From: Felis catus
Lineage: Eukaryota
Direction of reading: 5' to 3'
Length of the DNA stretch: 64,000 nt
Assembly (NCBI RefSeq): GCF_018350175.1
Contig: NC_058382.1
Span: 53,756,001 to 53,820,000 of the forward strand
Shown here piece by piece: positions 1 through 12,750 of this stretch (position 1 is its first letter; each line of letters opens with the position of its first letter). Under the pieces are notes generated by a model. That model was not told where the DNA came from, did no database searches, and saw only the letters and a list, made by a program, of their open reading frames with translations. The translations under genes were made by a program, and so were the position numbers.

Positions 1-294
1 GCTAAGTGACTCATAGTTTGGAGACGGAAACTCTCAGATGCAAGCTTGAGTCTGGGCCAAAGGTAATCACAGCTACAGGAAACAAATAGTTACAGGAAAT
101 TAAATTCACTTTACCCCCCTAAGTTTCAAGTTGGTAAAAGGTATTAAAAGGGTAACCAAGGCAGACAAGGCGATGACCAGAAAGACAACAAGAGGAGAGC
201 GGAAAGAGCCTTGCACAGAGACCTGGGGTCAAAGTCTGGCATTGTGGGGAGAGAATAATAGTGACAAGGATGGTCACAATAACAATGCAGAGAG

Positions 295-430
295 AAGAGC
301 TACTGTTTAGCACACCCCATCTGTGGGACAGGACTTGGCAGTAAAATATCTTAATTTTCTTACAGGATTCTCATATTACCCGCCCCGAGGTAGTGTTGTC
401 ACACCTAGAGATGAAAAAATGGAAGCATGC
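295..430 (-). mobile_element. MIR SINE fragment (degenerate)
   Basis: '...ctcatattacccgccccgaggtag...gagatgaaaaaatggaagc' resembles the antisense MIR core. Confidence 0.45.
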
Positions 431-600
431 TTGAGGAATGCTCATTTACATCATGGGATTCCCCTATGCCAGCTGGAGTCAGAGAAATGAAAAGAAATGA
501 ACGTGGTTTGTAGATGTGCTATGCCTGGAGTGTGCCAACTATGGTAGAATTTCTGGGGAGACCTCAAAATGCCAGGAAGGATGCTGGTACCAAACTAGAG

Positions 601-825
601 CGAAGTTTCTCAACCTCAGCACTAGCTGACTTTTGGGGCCAGATAATTCCTTGTTGCAGCGCTGGCCTGCACAGTGGAGGATGTTCGGCAGCGCCCCTGA
701 TCTCTACCCACCAGATGCCAGTAGTACATCCACCCCTCATCCCCCAGTGGTGACAACCAAAAACGTCTCCAGACATTACCAAATATCCTCTGAAGGGCAA
801 AATCAACCCTGGTTGGAAAGTGTTG
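601..825 (-). mobile_element. MER20 (hAT-Charlie MITE), full length
   Basis: Reverse complement matches MER20 ('...acaaccaaaaacgtctccagacattaccaaatatcctctgaagggcaaaatc'); degenerate 8-bp TSD aactagag (593-600) / ctctagag (826-833). Confidence 0.9.
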
Positions 826-1620
826 CTCTAGAGGAAGGGAAAAGATTGAGCCCATGAATAGAGGGAGAAGCTTGGAGGTTTCAGGGAAATTTAAGTTTCA
901 CAAAGAATGAGAAATTATGAGTCGCATCCAGCTGTGAAGCTACATAGCGGAGATGGGCTGAGATGTTTTGAGCAGAGATATCTCTTAAGATAAGGGGCTG
1001 GGCGCTGAGGCACTTAGAAAGATGATGAGCTGTGAATGGAAATCTCTAGAGCTTCTCTCTGTGTTCTGGTTGGATGTGGGGTAGTTATAGCCTGATACTA
1101 AAAGTAGCATCTGGACTTCGTACACAAAGAACTTTGTTTTCTCCATTTCCAGAGGGACCAAGAGATCATCTCTCATCTCATCCCAGCATTCTTGGAATGA
1201 TGAATGGAGAAGGGGAAGGGAACCACTTTTAAGGAGTCCGTATTGTCTCTAGCCCAGAAACTTCATGGCTGCACATTCTGGTAATTGAGATTCATACACC
1301 AGTGGTGTCCTCACGACTGAGGAAGTTTGTTGGGTCAAGAGGCTGGGCACAAGAACAATACTGAACACGGACTCCTGGAGACAGTAGTAATGTCTAAGGC
1401 TTGGAGTGAGGGCTCATAAAGGCACACCATGGTCACTGGAAGAATCTACTAGGAGCATCTGCTTCTCCACACAAAGCGGGGAACGAGTCAAAATTGACTA
1501 GTGATATCAGTCATGGGAAAGTTAATGGAGTCGAAGCACGGAAGCACAGTGCATAGGATCTCCCAGCCTGGAATTTGATTCTTTAGACTATATTCCGGGA
1601 CAACTTTGGTTGATTACACA

Positions 1621-1657
1621 AATGAGTGAATGAGTGAATGAATGAATGAATGAATGA
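1621..1657 (+). repeat. (GAAT)n simple repeat, probably an L2 tail
   Basis: aatgagtgaatgagtgaatgaatgaatgaatgaatga. Confidence 0.8.
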
Positions 1658-2350
1658 GGAACTCGTACGTTTATTGTCATCAAAGAACCAGCTGGAATAT
1701 GCCGAACTACTATTTCTTGTATACGTACATGTAATTTCAACAGTTTATTTTTGGAACTGTGTGGGTGTATAGTAAATAAGTTAATAATCCATTCATTTGT
1801 TTCCCTTTCTACTGAGTTTAAAATGAGTGTCAGATCATGTGACAGGTCACAGGTAAATATTTATGTGGAATTCATGGCTTCCTGTCGGACAGAAGATAAA
1901 CAAGTATACAGATATGTCAGCGGATAATTAGAAAAGTCTGGGACAAGTGCTCTGAAGAAATAGAACAGGACACCGTAAGAATGGGTGATGATGATGAAGA
2001 AGGAGTAGGATAGCCTCGTGAACAGTAGGGGAGGAAGAACAGCCTGGATGACATCTCTGTGGTGGTCACGGCACGAAGGAAGGGTGAGCGAGAGTGGGCC
2101 GGGTGTGCTTGCAGAGGGCCAGGAACAAGCGGGCGCAGGGCTCTCCAGTTCCTGGCTTGAGGTGGTGGGGAATGGACGATAGGTTCCCCAAAGTCAGGGA
2201 CCAAGGGCATTCTGTCAACTCCTCCAACCCCAGACATAATACAGCTCCTGTGATATATTAGGCGCCCTGTGCATATGTGAGGAGTGGAAATGAATGCATG
2301 AATGAGAAGAAAGGCGCTTAGATTTACTGAATGTCTACTATGCTGGGTCT

Positions 2351-2834
2351 AGAATGGATAAAAAAGATGCGGTATATCTAGGTATACAATGGAGTATTAC
2401 TCGGCAAGCAAAAGCAATGAAATCTCACCATTTGCAACTACATGGATGGAACCAGAGGGTATTATGCTAAGCGAAATCAGTCAGAGAAAGACGAATATCA
2501 TACTACTTCATTCATATGTGGAATTTAAGATACAAAATAGATGAACATAAGGGAAGCAAAAATGATATAAAAACAGGGAGAGAGACAAACCATTAGAGAC
2601 TCTTAAATACAGAAAACAAACTGAAGGTTGCCAGAGGGGCTCGTAGGTGGGGGGATGAGCTAAATGGGCAAGAGACACTAAGGAGGATACTTGTCAGGAT
2701 AAACAAGCACTAGAAACACTAAATTCTATTCCTGAAGTCATTATTACACTATATGTTAACTAACTTGGATTTAAATTTTTAAAAAATAAACAAATAAATC
2801 AAATTGATTTTTAATTGCAAAAAAAAAAAAAAAA
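2351..2834 (+). mobile_element. 5'-truncated carnivore/felid L1 (ORF2 end plus 3'UTR and poly-A)
   Basis: 'gaatggataaaaaagatgcggtatat...ccatttgcaactacatggatggaaccagagggtattatgctaagcgaaatcagtcagagaaagac' is the L1 ORF2 C-terminal motif; AATAAA and poly-A follow. Confidence 0.9.
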
Positions 2835-2835
2835 C

Positions 2836-2985
2836 CTTATCTAACTTCCCAATTACCCGGAGAAAGATAAAAGATATTACAGTCACCATACAAGAGAAGC
2901 AGCCGAATACCCAGAGAGACTAAGGAAATGCTCCAAAGTCAGGAGCAGAGCTGGGATTCACATCCAGGCTCTGAGTTTGATTCTC
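2836..2985 (-). mobile_element. MIR fragment (continuation of 2321-2350, split by the L1)
   Basis: 'ccaaagtcaggagcagagctgggattcacatccaggctctga' matches antisense MIR. Confidence 0.65.
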
Positions 2986-3079
2986 TCCCCTTTTTCATCA
3001 CGCAATAATAATATACTCAGAATCAGAAGATCGGAGGAATCTGCCCCCACTATGGGGGATTTGCCCCCTAGCATACTGC

Positions 3080-3200
3080 TTGCTTCCCTCACACCTGGTT
3101 TCCTCATCTGGAAAATGGGGGATCATCCCTGCCCTTCCTGTCTCACTGGGTTAGCTTCAAGAGCAAAAAAGGACAATTGATGAGAAAGCTTCTTGACTGA
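3080..3200 (+). mobile_element. MIR/MIR3 core fragment
   Basis: 'ggtttcctcatctggaaaatgggg' core motif. Confidence 0.7.
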
Positions 3201-3934
3201 ACGGTAATCCTTAAAATTTGTTCAGGCTTTGTAGTTGGCTGTGATGTCATTCAGGTCAGTTTTGTTTTCAATATGCCAGGAGGTGAACAAAATCTGCAAA
3301 GGTTTTCCATCTCTTGGAAAGTGGTTCTACTTTTACTTGAGTTTTGAAAGTCTACGGTGATCCAAAGTGCAGTGACTCATTTGGCAAGCTGTACCGTACT
3401 CAGGGAAGCTCCTAATTCAGACACAAAACCCAGCTTCAGACATCAATTCAGATCTCGTCTGAGTCTCTGGCACATTTCAGGTGATGAAGAGACTGCTTTC
3501 CACAGAAGGCAGAAAAGGTGGGCTTTCCGCTGCGGTTGGAACCCATGACAAATCCCAGCCAAAGATCTGGAAACAGGTTCATGGTGAGGAGATAGAGTGA
3601 ATCTCGATGCACGCAAACCCCAGATAGTTTCACCAGCTGCCTTCAGTGACTCACCTCTATTCAGCCACCCAAACATTGGTGAGAACCTGGTCTCGGAAAG
3701 GTGTGTGGTTTCTCTGGCTGCATGAGCAAGGCCCAAACCGGCACATCTGAGACTAGTCATGTCCACTTGAAGAACGTCTTTTCCGTGGTGATAATCATTC
3801 CTCCCGGCTTCATTTAGCAGTTTTCATGGGTGAAGAGAAAAGGAGGGCTGGCAACTGCTTTCCAATAATCCAGCGACTCGGGGTAGAATTAGAAGGCAGA
3901 GCATGATATAATAGCCAGAGGGGAGGATTTGGGC

Positions 3935-4079
3935 CAGTTACTTTCAAACTTTAGTGGATGTAGTATTACCATGGAGCTTGTTCGTATGAACCTTTCTCAG
4001 CCCCGGCCCTGGAGATTCTTATTTGCTAAGTAATTCTGCATCAGGCAGTTGCAAAACCCCACTTGGAGAAAGAAACACT
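3935..4079 (-). mobile_element. MER5-family hAT MITE (degenerate)
   Basis: 'cagttactttcaaactttagtggatgtagtattaccatggagcttgtt...ccctggagattct' resembles MER5A/B. Confidence 0.6.
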
Positions 4080-4862
4080 CCTTGAAAATATTTCCTACTC
4101 ACCGCCTGCTTCCAGTTTCTTTCTGCTTTACGAGAGACTTAATCACCTTGCCAGCCTACTTAGAGAGATTCTAACCGAAGGGTACCCGGAAGACAAGGGG
4201 TTGAACTAACACGGTCAATGTCCAGCACAACCACCCGGGTGCAGGTGTGGTTGAACCTCTTTTCTCCATGTCTGCTTCCTCAGTTCTTATGCGGTCATCC
4301 TTCTCTTCTTATAAATCATTTTCTTTATTATCCTGGAGCAGAAGCAACTGGCAGGGCACATGCTTTTCCTTCTTCTTCTCACGCTTTAAACCCTACTACC
4401 GTTCCAAAAAGCTACTACTGCATAAAGGAATCGTCTCTGCGAGGATCCCTTTCTATGAGGGCACCTGTTTCCTGGCCTGTCAAACATGGCCACGGGGGCA
4501 GGGACTGATTCCACCAGAAAGTCTATGTTTCGGGTATGCCTCTTTTGCCAGACAGGAAGAGGTTCTTTGAACTTGGGTCTCTGAGGACTCCTCCGCCCTA
4601 TACTTCCTCTTAGGTACTAGAGATCACTTTTCGGCCCCTTGCAGTTAAGTCAGCACCATGTGACCTGTTCTGACCAATGAGTTGTGAGCAACAGCAATCT
4701 CTCCGAGCGGCCGGAGTTGATCACCTGGTCCACTTCATAGAATGAACTGCTGTACGTTTTACTAAGATTAAACGTACGTATCCACGTGTCCAGCTTGCAC
4801 ACCCTGAGGGCTTTAATTAAAATGCTTCTACCTTTATACTACCAAGGTGCACTTGATGTTGA

Positions 4863-4959
4863 TTTTTTTAGGTAATCTCTACCCCCAACGTGGTGCTAGA
4901 ACTCACAACCCTGAGATCAAGAGTTGCAAGCTCTACTGACTGAGTCAGCCAGGCATCCC
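4863..4959 (-). mobile_element. Short Can-SINE (SINEC_b-type)
   Basis: 'ggtaatctctacccccaacgtggtgctagaactcacaaccctgagatcaagagttgc...cagccaggcatccc'; TSD-like tgatgttga / tgctgttga. Confidence 0.9.
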
Positions 4960-5016
4960 TGCTGTTGAATTGTAATGAATTTTAAGGTCTGTAGGGTTAA
5001 GAAAGGTTTCTGTGCT

Positions 5017-5246
5017 GGGAAGCCTGGGTGGCTCAGCTGGTTAAGTGTCTGGCTCTTGGTTTTGGCTCAGGTCATGATCTCATGGTTTTGTGGGTTCGTT
5101 CGAGCCCTGTGTTGGGCTCTGCACTGACCGTGCAGAGCCTGCTTGGGATTCTCTCTCTCTCTCCCTCTCGCTCTACTCTTCCCCTGCTCACCCTGTCTCT
5201 GTGTCTCTCAAAATAAACAAATAGACTTAAAAAAAAATTAAAAAAG
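5017..5246 (+). mobile_element. Can-SINE (SINEC_Fc2-like)
   Basis: tRNA-like head, (CT)n body and A tail; TSD agaaaggtttctgtgct (5000-5016) / agaaaggttcttgtgct (5247-5263). Confidence 0.95.
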
Positions 5247-5531
5247 AGAAAGGTTCTTGTGCTTCTGTTTAGGGGCAAACAAGTAATAGCTTTGTCTTAA
5301 AACATAAACAACTTAAAACTTGAGGATTTTAAAACATTTCAAGGATACAACACCCAGAAAAGTAGAATGTAGCCTTGTTATTGGTCACCAAAGCCTTCAT
5401 AGTAGTTTGTTGGTCGAACATTTTGCCAGGTGTGGCTAGAGATATGTCTGCTCTCGTACAGGTGGGGTCTGAGTCATATACGGGACTCTTTCTACTGCTC
5501 GCACTGATCCATTTTAGAATGGCCGTTTCCT

Positions 5532-5606
5532 GGGGCACCTGGTGGCGCCTGGTCTCGTGAGTTTGAGCCCCATGTTGAAGGTCAAGATTACTTGAAAATT
5601 AAAATC
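5532..5606 (+). mobile_element. Internally deleted SINEC_b-type Can-SINE
   Basis: Head ggggcacctgg joined to 'gtgagtttgagccccatgttg...gattacttgaaaattaaaatc'; 18-bp TSD 5514-5531 / 5607-5624. Confidence 0.85.
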
Positions 5607-7141
5607 TTAGAACGGCCATTTCCTGGTGTTAGAGGTAACGTGCTAATTACAGAAAATGGCCAGCTTTCCCCAATTCCTATTCCGTCTGTCAAGACCAGAC
5701 GATGCCTGCCTCCACCTTTTCATTTTTTCCCCAGCACTCTAGCACTGTGTCCCAGTGTGCTCCTGCATGCGTGAGGATCAAGTTGTGAGTCTGTTCTACT
5801 CTCAGCTGAAGGTCTGTGCATTCCTTCCGCAAAATGCCTACTCCGCCTGCAACGAAGAGGCATCTCTTCCCTTTATGTTGGAAGATAAGAGTATTTGTCA
5901 GGCCAGATTCAGTCTAGAATGCTCTCTCTAAAGTCTGCTTCACCTGATTTCTGCAGCTTCAGGAGCTGGGGCCGAAAGCCCAGGGTTTATAGCCGACGCG
6001 CTGGCCTTCCGTGTGACCCAGGCGGCCACCTGCAAACCAAGAGGGCTGTGGCTGTGGCTCTCCATTCTCTGCCTGCCAGTGTCCTAACCTGCTCCACCTT
6101 GGGGCCGGGCTGCCAGGTGCCACGCTTGGCCGTGGCACAAGTGGGGAAACTGAGCGGAGGTGAATGAGAAAAGCAGGCTTCCTGGTACAGTGGGAAGAAC
6201 AACAGATTCAAATGCAGGCATGCATTCCCTCGCTGGATGATACGCAAGAAGCAAATTGATCCCTCCGGCCCTCAGTCTCTTCCTGTGCAAACGGGGGCCA
6301 GGACTTGGCTGCAAGAATTAAATGAGATATTGTGCCACATTTCTAGGCCGGTGGCTGGCTCATCTGAGGACCTCAAGGATGGATGTTTCCGTATTGATCC
6401 ATCTGGTTTACTAAAAATTGTTTCCCAGGCCCATCAGCTACAACGAGGAGGTTGGAACAAGCAAAGAAGCCGTCTGTCTAGTGACTAAATAATGAGCCAA
6501 TGGTGGGCAGGAAGAAACCTAAAGTTAGGACTTAGCTAAAGAAAAGAAAAAAAAAATGATGACATATTTACCTTTTCAGATAAGCACCCCCCCCACCCCT
6601 GCTTTCCCAATCGGCCCAGAAGGCTTTTTATTTGCTAATGGAACAACTCCAAAGCATGTGCCCTGGGAAATCATGATGTGCCTAATCATTTTAGCAATAA
6701 TCTCTGAAAAATTGGCCATTACTGGAAGTGACCAACCATTTGGTTGTAACAGCCTGAAGCAAGATTATTAACAGCAAATGTGAAGATGATTATTTTAGCA
6801 AATTGGTAAATTCAGAACACAAAGGCCTTATGCCTGGCTGGAGTCTCCGGGAAATCATTTTATGGACATAATAAACGTCTACTGCTTGAGACAGAAAAGA
6901 CATTTAAGTCTGTTTTCTCTGTGTTTGGGGCAAGGAAGAGCTCAGTCATGAGCAGGGGTGGGTAGGGGTGTGTGGGTGGGGTGAGGTGAGCGGCCCTGGG
7001 GAGAGTTACCACTGACACCCCCTAATTTGGGGAACCCATTTTCTCCTATTTGGAGAACCAAAAAAGAAGTCCAATGGATTAGAAGACTCAATGTGGGCAT
7101 AACACGGTAGGTACTCCCAGCCAAATTTTTCTATCCATCAA

Positions 7142-7500
7142 TTAGTTAGGTATTTTTCATTTGCAAGACACAGAGGTTCCGATGCAAACTTATTAAAATA
7201 AAAAAAATGGCATCTTTGGGCTCATGCAAATGAAAATCCCTAGAATACGATGAGCCTCAGGCCTGGCTTGACCAAGAGGATCACACAGTGACTCCCAGAC
7301 TCGATCCTTCTTTGGCAGTTTCCTTCCTTTCCTTCCTCTGCTTTGGACCACCGGGCAGTGAGGTGGGGCCACAGGTCCAGATCTGCCCCTCTCCAGAGTC
7401 ACAGGGGGCCAGCAACGGCCCTGAGGTCTGGAATCGGAATCCTGTTCTCATCAGCACACCGTTCACAGTGACGGGGAAATGCCAGGCCCGCATTAGGCAT
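7142..7500 (-). mobile_element. ERVL/MaLR LTR fragment (LTR33/MLT1K-like)
   Basis: 'ttagttaggtatttttcatttgcaagacacagaggttccgatgcaaacttattaaaat...cctcaggcctggcttgacc' matches the LTR terminus pattern. Confidence 0.6.
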
Positions 7501-10014
7501 AATCATAGCACGGAACCATTCCTGGGGCGAAGGACTTGAACTGAGACCAGGAGAGGAAGTGGATCCTCTGAAAGACACGGGGGTGTGCTTGCCAAAAGCA
7601 GAAGCTTAGAAGGGGGGCAGATACCCCCTCAAAAATAAAGGTCTGCCACGTGTGAGAATTAACCCCTTGATTAAAGACACTGTTCCCTGAAGACAACTAC
7701 AGTCATGAGGCTACGGACGGATGACATGCTGGCTGGGATGCAACCTGCAGCCAAAATTGCAGCAGGTGTGTTTAACGCCTTCATCACAAAAAGAGGGGAG
7801 GAAGGGGAAAGCGACGTGTCCAAAGAGCATTCTTGTCAACCCCGGAACTCAGAGTTTCTGAGCTGCTGTTCAACGCTGGGCCATTTCCACCTGATTACCC
7901 CCTGGGCTAAGCGCCCAGAAGGTGGCCATGGCCTCCACCTGCTTTTTGCAGCTTCCTCCCAGAAAGGGCGTAAAGTACAGACACGCAGAGCAGGAGGAGC
8001 AAGGGCCAGGAGGCCGATACCACTAAGCCGGGTCCTCTTCCCTCCCTCGCCCACACGGGCACCACCGCATGCGCCGTCCAGACGTTGTTCCTATCGGTCT
8101 CAAACTCGCCCTCCGGGAAGCTTCCAGGGGGCTCCCACCGACTGCTCACACATGGCCCCTGAGGCAAAACCCGTCGGTCGCTCCTCCAGCGGGTTTCTCC
8201 ATCCCACCGTTACCCTGCCCCAGCGACATCCTTCATGAGTGACCTCCACGGCGTGGCACAACGTGAAGGCTGTAGATTTCAGTCGGATAAATCTCCGTTC
8301 AAATATCAGAGGCAGTCCCCGATGCGAGGACTGTGGTGCAAGGACTGGGTGAGGGGGGGTGGTAAGGTGATCCCTGGACATATTGTGGGAGAGTGGGGAG
8401 GGGAGGCGGGGAAGGAAAGGGAGCCAAAAGAGTAAAGAAGATCAGTCACCAAGTGGGTGGAGCTCCCTCCCCCGGGGACTCTGGGAGCTTCGGTAGAATG
8501 GAAAGAACACAGCACTGGAGTTCTCTTCCCTGCAACTGATTTGGTTGGGGGAAGCCAGCGCCCCAGCTGAAAGTCAGGTTAGCGCACACCCAAAATGCAC
8601 AGCGGTAGAGACCGGAAGGCATCTGTTATTCACCTCAGTTCACGGGGTTCATGAACCTGGGCACGTGCCCTATTTTTCCGAGCCTCCCTATTCCCATTTA
8701 TCAGAGGGGGAAGGTGACACCTGTTTCCCTTGGGTTATTCTACAGCTTCACTGAATGGCTGCTGAGCCTCCGACATTTGGGAGACACCCAGACGGTGACC
8801 GTCTTCCCCTTGCCATGAACTTTGGCAATTCCAGAACAGAAAGTGGATTTACAGGGCTCGTAGCAGAAGTCCTCCAACCCAGGACAGAGCGCCCATTTGT
8901 GGGGAAATAGCTCCCAGTGGATTCCTCGCTTCAAACACAAACACAAACGGACAGGGTTCTCGTGGTGACAATCGGTGTGAGGTGCTTCATTTATTTAATT
9001 GGATTTAAACTTCTTTCTGTTTAATAAATACTGAAAGGAGACAACTAAGCAAAACGGTGTAAGCATTTATCAAACCGAAAGAAGAACCAAGCTCAGGGCC
9101 GAAACCTGATTCCAGAGACGTGGGGAAGAGGAGCAGCGGGTCAAAGCCGGGGAGAGAAATCACGTTTGCGGCCCCTGGCCACGGAGAACTTTCCACGTCT
9201 CTTCACAGTGCCCTCTATCATCTGTTAAAACTCAGACTTTTCCCTCCGTGTCGATTCTCATGCCTCCACAACGCTGCACAAACATTTCCCTGTGCCTAGA
9301 ATTCCTCCATTCTACTTTCCTACGTGCCAAGCTCAGCTGATACTTCAAGAGGCAGACGTCTCTTCCCGCAGCGACCTTCCCCGGGTCTCCTGGGCTTCTG
9401 GAACCACAGCACCCTCTGCACGTCACCATGAAAGAGAAGTCGGCAGATGGTGGAGTGCAGTGCGGTCACCCAGGTCTCCTGCCTCACACCTGCCATTAGG
9501 AGAGACAGGAATTCATGAACATGGAATGAATGAGCACCACCGAAAGTATGGGCCCCAGGAGCTGCCGGGGGGCTGACGTCCCTCTGTGGGTTCATGCTGC
9601 AGGGGCCATTTCTGGGGGACGATGGACTCAGGAGGGGACCTGAGAAGTATGTAGGAGAAGGCAGGCTAACAAAAGGAGGGAGAGTCAGCCGAGTACCAGA
9701 GGTGGGGGCAGAGAGGCTCAGTGAGGGAGCCGTTGCAAGCAGCAGGGAGGGAGGGCAATGGGAAGTTAATGGGGGAGATGGGGCACAGACAGTCAATGGA
9801 GGAACAGCTAAGCTTTTCCCCTACAGCAGTGTTATCAAGCGACCTCAAAAAAACAGGGAGGGGGATTTCAGAGACATCAACCTTCCCAGGGTGCGTCAGG
9901 GCGACTGCATGAAGACAAATGAGCCGGGGCACCGTTGCAGCGAACCACAGGTACGATGGACGGGCATTCTTGTGCAGAAGGTCCCTGGGCATTGAACAAT
10001 TAAAGCGGCCGCTG

Positions 10015-10250
10015 TGTACCAGGGACATGCTGTCTGCGAGGCACAATTCTATGTTCCTCCCATGGAATAACTCATTGAATCCTTGAAACGACCCTATTAG
10101 ATAAGTACTATTATCATCCCCAGTTTTTTTTTTTTTTTTTTTACAGGTGAGAAAACCGAGATGCAGAGAGGTGAAGGAGGCCCTTGCTCAAAGTTGCACA
10201 GAGGCTGCACGGCAGAATTAGGATTAAAAGCGAACAGACTGACCCCAAAG
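10015..10250 (-). mobile_element. MIR, near full length, with an expanded T tract
   Basis: 'ctcattgaatcc...actattatcatcccca(T)n acaggtgagaaaaccgag'. Confidence 0.85.
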
Positions 10251-10289
10251 CGCGTGTCTCCACCACAAACCCTGAACCAGAAAGACCTG

Positions 10290-10460
10290 TTTTCAAACCC
10301 CAGCACGTCAGCATACCAGGTTTGCGAATGTGGAGACTTACTTCTGAACCTCAGTTTCCTCAACTGTCCAATGGGGACAAGGGATGTCTCATGCCTGTGG
10401 CATCTAAATGACACAATTCTGAGCACAGAGCTAAGCACCTGAAGGCTTGGGTCAATGTGC
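10290..10460 (+). mobile_element. MIR
   Basis: 'cttctgaacctcagtttcctcaactgtccaatgggg' core. Confidence 0.8.
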
Positions 10461-12289
10461 ATTTCCCTTCCGTTTCAGCGGCTCGACACTTTTAATTGAA
10501 ACAAATCATTAAGAAAGCAGAGGTCCTCTTCCCCCCACCCCCACCCCCGCCGGCAGGGGAAGAGGGTGTCATGTTGGGACAGAGCAGCCCCTCCCTTCGA
10601 GCTAGGGCTGATTTCTCCCTTCACTCAGTTCATTTCAGGTCTCCACCCCATGGAGGAAACACAGGAATCTGTGGCAGTGAACTCAGCAACATTTGTTCCC
10701 CAGCCCAAGAATAAACAGAGAGCAGGCTCTTACATCTTCAGAAGTGCATTTACTGTACTCGAAACAGATGAATTCTCTCTGTTTGCATTAATCGCATGAC
10801 TATTTGGTTCAATTATTCTTACCACTTCAGCAATCATGGTGTGCTTGTTCAAGAAGAAAGAAATAACAACAGCTTATCTTGTCGAGAGCGGAGAACAAAC
10901 AGTGAAAAATCAAGAGTCCGCTCCTAAATGCTACACTTGCTGTCATTGTGCTAAAGAGATGATTCATGTTCTCATAACAACTCGGGTGAAGGAAAAAAAA
11001 AAAAGGGGGGGGGGTGGTTCTGAAAAGGATTCAGTTGCATTGGTGAAAAACCTTTTCAAAATCAGTCCAAATGCAGATAAAACTCTATTTTTATCACCCT
11101 ACTCAACTCTGCTGAACCTCCCCCCAACCACATCTTCTCACAGTGACCAATTTACACAGGCTTAAATAATTCTTTCAAATAATGCGTTTCATTAGCACAG
11201 GGTAGTGGACAAAGCACAGAATGCTGTTCGGTCTCCTCTCTACGGAACCCTTAGGGAACTGCTCGTGTTCGAGGGACAGCCAGGGGGATGCTCAAAGAAT
11301 CGTAGAGAAGAAAGCACAAGGGCTGCTGGGAGGTACAAGCGGGTGACACAGTGCAGATCACAGGGCGATCCGAGGTGCTGTTCACGGGGCCCAGGTGCCT
11401 GTTCACGTCCCTTCCATCCTGTGCCTTTTCCCCATATGACCTCTTCCACAGTAAGATCCAGCAACCAATAGGAATCCAAGGGAAATGATTATTTTTTTCA
11501 CAGATGTCATCCTGAACCAACATGCACTCCGTTTCCTGACCTGTGACTGGAATCTTTGGCTCCTGACTTCCTCCATCGCCTCTTGGTGAACCCCTAGATA
11601 AGACAATGAGTGTTTGTCTTGGGACCAGCCCTGCTCTCCTCCTGAGCTGCGTCTGCTACTGACATCTCAAGTGACAGAAAGCTTGATGCGGTCTGGTTGC
11701 TAACTGTGTACCCTGCAAGGAACCAACAGAGTTTACCTATGGTGCCAGAAACAGAAAACAAGCCAAGGGCTTCACTCTCGATGAACCGTCCTTGTCTGAT
11801 GGGACCAGGGCTGGACACCAATGGCATCAACATATCTGTAACAGCGGGGACGGTCTTGTTCCCTTCCAACCTGTCAATACAAGTGGGTTATAAACTAACC
11901 TGGCAGGATGTTTTATTTGCAGGCAAATAGAGTGAGAAATTTAGGCTCCCGGCACATCTGCACCAAGAGAGAGTAAGAAAGAACCAGGTGACCGTGGGTA
12001 AGTTGTATGGACAAGTCTAGAAGAATCACTAAGGATCTGTCAAGAGAATTATTTTATCGTTAGCAAGTAAGACTCTCTTGCAAGTTCAGGGGTTATCAGA
12101 TAAAGCTACTTTTTAATGCCACCGTAGTACTTCATAGATGCAAGAGGTCTCTGTTCAGCAAAAGATCTAGTTCAAGAAAATAATGATCATTTTTTTATGT
12201 ACTCCAAACCAAACTTTGTGGTTAGAAGTATGTAGAAGAGACCTTCTTCCCACCACTGATGTATGGTTTAAAAGTGAACACAGAAGGAT

Positions 12290-12750
12290 AAATATTAAAT
12301 TAGGAAATAGCACAATCAGGAACAGACATCAGTACAAAGTATAGATATGACAGAAACACACAGATATCACACGGTTGGGCAAGGAGGTATCTCGGAGGAG
12401 AGGATGTCTGAGAAAGATTCTGAAGGATGAATAGGAGTTCGCCAAATGTGCAACGGGAGTGGGGGTATATTCTAGGTGGAGGAAACCAAAGCTTCAAAGG
12501 AAGGAAAATCTGTAAACATACACATGTGATACAGCAGGTTTGGATATTTTCAAGGTCAGCATTACTGGACTGCACCACTGAGAAAAGACGGATGTGAAAC
12601 ATACAGTCGAGGAGGTAAGAAGTGCTTCTGGAAGGTGTTTTCTACCTTGCATTATCTCACAGGAGATCAGGAGACCGCTGAAATGTCTTAAGAAGGTATG
12701 CAACGTGGTGCATTTTGCAATTTAAAAGTGCAGCTATGACGGAGCAGTTA
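12290..12750 (-). mobile_element. L2 LINE fragment
   Basis: 'tgaaggatgaataggagttcgcca...attctaggtggaggaaac...gagaccgctgaaatgtcttaagaagg' typical antisense L2. Confidence 0.75.

Noticed and set aside
7705..8238. 177-aa ATG ORF
   Set aside because: No recognisable domain; the 3' half runs through GC-rich, probably L2-derived sequence, and this length is expected by chance at this GC content
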